In this document: positions 61,101-64,000 of the stretch, one piece after another
Position numbering within the stretch: position 1 is the first letter of the stretch
Layout of the letters: each line of letters starts with the position of its first letter
From: Bigelowiella natans CCMP2755
Lineage: Eukaryota; Protista; Cercozoa
NCBI GenBank assembly: GCA_000320545.1
Contig: ADNK01003025.1
Location: forward strand, 62,001-126,000
DNA: 64,000 bases
Reading direction: 5' to 3'
Translations under genes and position numbers: made by a program
Notes under the pieces: generated by a model
Databases searched by the model: none
What the model was told of the DNA's origin: nothing
Seen by the model: the letters and a program-made list of their open reading frames with translations, nothing else

Positions 61101-64000
61101 GACGGACTCGCACACTTCAGTCTGAATAAGACCGAATTGCAGCACCTCGAATGTACTAACGTGACTTTCGAGACCGTCTCTGGTGACATCGACGTGTACG
61201 AGGTTGAAATTACTGATACAGAACTCGTGATCGGACACGTGTATCTGAATGCGTCTTCGAACATGGGTAAGATCAACTTCAAGGGCCAGAACGCAGCATT
61301 CAAGACTCTCTATGCGTATGCAGGAAATGGTACAACCATCTCCTCAAACATCCGCACTACAGAGCATGATTTGATTATTGAGGGAGACCACTCCCACAGT
61401 GGTACGGTTCCAAAGCATATCGACATCCTGGTCCCAGGTCTATCATTGACCTCCGAACAGGCCATGTTGAGACTGCAGCCGGGTGGATCAGGTTTCCTAC
61501 GCCTTATGGCTCCTGGAAACTGGACTGCGAAGGATTACATCTCCATGGATGCGCCATTGGATATCCGTGGAAGTGGTGCTCTCGACATCAAGGCCGACAG
61601 CGATCACAACGGATATGGATATTTCCGTGGTAGCAACATGACGAACCTGAACAGCGATATCACCTTGGTTTCGATCCGTGCTGCTGATGTAGAGTTGTTG
61701 GGAAGCTACAAGATGCTTCACGCAGACTTTGTGGTGATTCCAACATGGCATCTGCCTGAAGTATCTCTAGGTGCTACGGTAATGCCAGGTCTTCATCTAA
61801 CCGACCTAGAGCTCGACTACGTGACGACAAACGCCTCTGTGATTATCGGAAACCATATCACTAGGATTGTTGTTATTGACGGACTTACGTATGAAAATCC
61901 AGCTAAGAACTTCACGATCATCACGTCGGCAACCCTTGAATCTAACGTGACCTTCCACAAGCATGCAAACTCATTCTTGCCAACTCTGCACGTCACTTGT
62001 GGTCATGATATTCACATTACGTCTAATGTAACCGTTCGTGCCGTGATGCGAATGTATGCGGATACCGATTGCGATACCCAAGGTGATATCAACGTCGGGC
62101 CAAATGCAACCATTACAGTCGACAGCGACATCTTCATGTCTGCTAACGATATGGATCTCCAAGGCTTCATTATTAATCCAGGACAGAACTTCTGGTATGA
62201 TGTCTGCCCTGGACGATCCATCCAGCTGGGAGGAATTACCAGGAATACACCTGATGCCCTTGTCCTCTACCAAACAGAGGTCGATCACATCTTAACAGAA
62301 AATATGACGTGGTCTTCCAAGGTAGGGGTAATTGAGGTCTATAATATCCTCCTTGAAGAGTCGCAAGATATCTACAGAGTTACATTGGATGCATCTCTGG
62401 GTGGCCGTACTAACTTCTTTGAGCCAACATGGTTCGGAGAAATACTGGTCAACTCGGGCAACGGAACCTTCATTCACAAGAACATTACTGCCACGCACGG
62501 AAATGCGATCTTCGAAGGAAATTGGAACCTCACTGCAACAGTTCCAAATGATATCTTCATTGGAAAACATGTCACCATCCGTGCTCATCATGGAAAGATC
62601 TTCCTAAATCCTACTATGACTGGTAGAATGCAGATGATTGCACCTCTTGGCTTAGTTGCGGGAGAGGACATTATGTTTGGAGCACCGATGGATATCCACG
62701 GGGATGGCTCGGTGTATTTCAGAACAGACTACAACGTGGTAGGATATGGTGAATTGTTCTGCTTCAGGACATCAAATATCTCCATTGTGTCTAAGAACGT
62801 CACGGAAATTAAGTTTATCAGCAAAGACATCCATTTCGAATGCTGGCTTGAGGCGAATATGTCACATGTTCACTTCATTACCTCAGCATCTCAAAATTGG
62901 GCAATGTCTATTGGACACTTCCATGAAGGTTACCATCTCTCAGATGAGGAGCTTGATCACGTTGAAACACGTGGTGATCTCATCATCGGGGACGAAACAA
63001 CTGGTACCATCTACTTTGATGGCGCTACTTATCTTGGAAACGCATTCCAGCTGAATATTACCAATGCACGTGATCCTACCACATCGGTGATCTTCCACAA
63101 TAAGTCGTCTCTATTCACACAAGAAATGTGGTTGCGAACTCGTCACAACGTATCAGTTAGAACAAATGTGACTGTGAAGTATGGGGAAACTCATATGTTC
63201 GCGGATACCCGTTGTGCAAGAACCGGGACGATTTACATCGCACCTGAAGCCACATTCAGCAGTGCCGACAACGTCATTGATATCCGTACGCACGACATGA
63301 TAGTCGATGGATATCTAAGATCTGGAAGTGAATCACTTTCTATCGAAGTGTGCCCAGACAATGTTGTCCAAGTGGGAGGAGATGAAATCGAACATCAGGA
63401 CCTTGTGCTGTTACAGCCTGAGCTTCAGCACATTGAATGTAACAACATCAGCTTCCACGCTCCAAATGGCCATGTACATCTCTACAGGATCACACAGTAC
63501 GACTTGGCAACCATCGCTAACAAGTTCCATGTGAATACGTCTGTTGCTAATGGAAACGTCACCTTCCATGAGAATGGTGATTTCCACATTCTGTACGTGT
63601 TTGCTGGCCATACGACTGTGATTGAGGCTAACCTTACAACCTCGATGGGAGCAATGTGGTTCCTTTCTTCGTTGAAGGACACCAACGTGAGTGTCGATCT
63701 ATCTACTCCGAATTGGAATCTGGATGAAAGAGAACTATTTGCCTTCCAGTATGATGAGGCTGAACACGGAGCCGGAATTATCGAAGTGAAGAGCAATGTA
63801 ACTATCGAACCTCACACTGACCTTTACATGAAGTCTGACCCAAGAGGTCTAGTCTTCAGAAACCACATCATGATTGATGCTGGGGACAATGTGTACATTG
63901 AGAGTCCAATGCTAGTAACAGGCGATGGTTCTCTTTACATCAACGCCGACAGGAAAGATGCAGGAACCGGAAACTTCAGTCTTGGCCAACTGTCACCAAT
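49113..64000 (+). CDS. Giant repeat glycoprotein, part 2 (frame +3, 3'-partial, about 4,960 codons, no stop before window end); continuation of part 1
   Basis: Manual translation from 49113 gives FHLTLAEYKYLNTLGRVTFGG..., and the window ends ...YINADRKDAGTGNFSLGQLSP in the same frame. The same repeat motifs recur (DxDC, IGG...EL, DxDxDGxG, FHLxDxE). Every + strand ORF the track lists after 49113 is in frame +1, consistent with frame +3 running off the end without a stop. Frame +3 is open from 49080 (after TAA at 49077). Confidence 0.93.
53217..56431 (+). repeat. Direct repeat D, copy 1 (3,215 bp; partner at 58629-61843)
   Basis: Offset is 5,412 bp. The whole series of shadow ORFs is duplicated. 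One synonymous difference was seen (CGC at 56154-56156 vs CGT at 61566-61568). Confidence 0.94.
57126..57383 (+). other. PAN/apple-like domain inserted in the giant protein (frame +3)
   Basis: Translation: GYKICSNYASSPKNEYVSTANVGECANSCLSKGSCDYFTWFPSTAGAMANRCYLVYDCGT...QSYKK. The pattern EC-x3-C-x5-C-x2-F-x-W...CYL is the PAN/apple core. Confidence 0.75.
57393..57941 (+). other. Fibrinogen-C-related globular domain resembling the coral skeletal organic matrix protein 5 (USOMP5) family (frame +3)
   Basis: Translation: WQLAMQI...FAYDSYHW...NAKFSTFNSV...IKVC...AELFNGVY...GFN...KARFGFFNN...C..ADGVIGIG...AGAG...AWVFVR. The motif order matches my recollection of that family (WTLVMK, F.Y.S..W, ETK, GFN, KARIG, DS.IG.G, YILV). 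Not verified by a search. Confidence 0.6.
58629..61843 (+). repeat. Direct repeat D, copy 2
   Basis: Near-identical to 53217-56431; the flanks are homologous but diverged. Confidence 0.94.

Larger units (their letters stand above)
1..64000 (+). repeat. Coding tandem repeat array, unit ~1.11-1.15 kb (~370-385 aa), about 58 A-modules counted
   Basis: The anchor motif (I/V)D(V/I)GG...EL recurs at about 10, 1129, 2236, 3343, 4453, 5569, 6691, 7798, 8905, 10021 and so on to 62220 and 63366. Companion motifs VTEGH, WRSA.D.TFEVP, ADSDEDAxG, GGLHLSDAELDRITT and ADATCNxTG recur at the same period. Confidence 0.97.

Noticed and set aside
5695-61843. Long direct repeats as LTRs, insertion sequences or CRISPR-like arrays
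   Set aside because: They are in-frame, in-register parts of the coding repeat. No transposase or RT, terminal motifs, target-site duplications or spacer structure were seen.
199-63796. The many 60-262 aa ORFs on the minus strand and in alternative plus frames
   Set aside because: All overlap the giant CDS, recur with its period and show no recognisable domains. They are shadows of codon bias.
1-64000. Pseudogene call for the whole locus
   Set aside because: Only one disruption in 64 kb, with motif conservation and extensive synonymous divergence between units, indicates purifying selection until at least very recently.

Overview
The whole 64 kb window is coding sequence on the + strand for what looks like one giant, intron-free repeat protein, open at both window edges. 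Frame +1 is open from base 1 (the ATG at 49 is an internal Met) to a TGA at 49144-49146. The same repeat protein continues in frame +3 from about 49113 to the window end without a stop; the ORF track misses this second part. A single missing base at about 49111-49114 would join the two parts into at least ~21,300 aa. The protein is built from about 57 tandem ~370-aa (~1.11 kb) units. Each unit is a pair of homologous modules: module A with two conserved Cys, and module B with an acidic DxDxDxDG loop. The short alternating hydrophobic/polar strands are typical of a parallel beta-helix, and N-X-S/T sequons recur at conserved positions, which suggests a secreted or surface glycoprotein of a eukaryote (most likely a protist; inference). 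One loop carries an inserted PAN/apple domain plus a fibrinogen-C/USOMP5-like domain (about 57.1-57.9 kb). The array shows higher-order repeats (3-, 4- and 6-unit) and four pairs of near-identical tracts of 0.5-3.2 kb; sampled lines in two of these pairs have elevated GC at third codon positions. No RNA genes, mobile elements, CRISPR arrays or regulatory sites are supportable. All other ORFs in the track are shadow ORFs.
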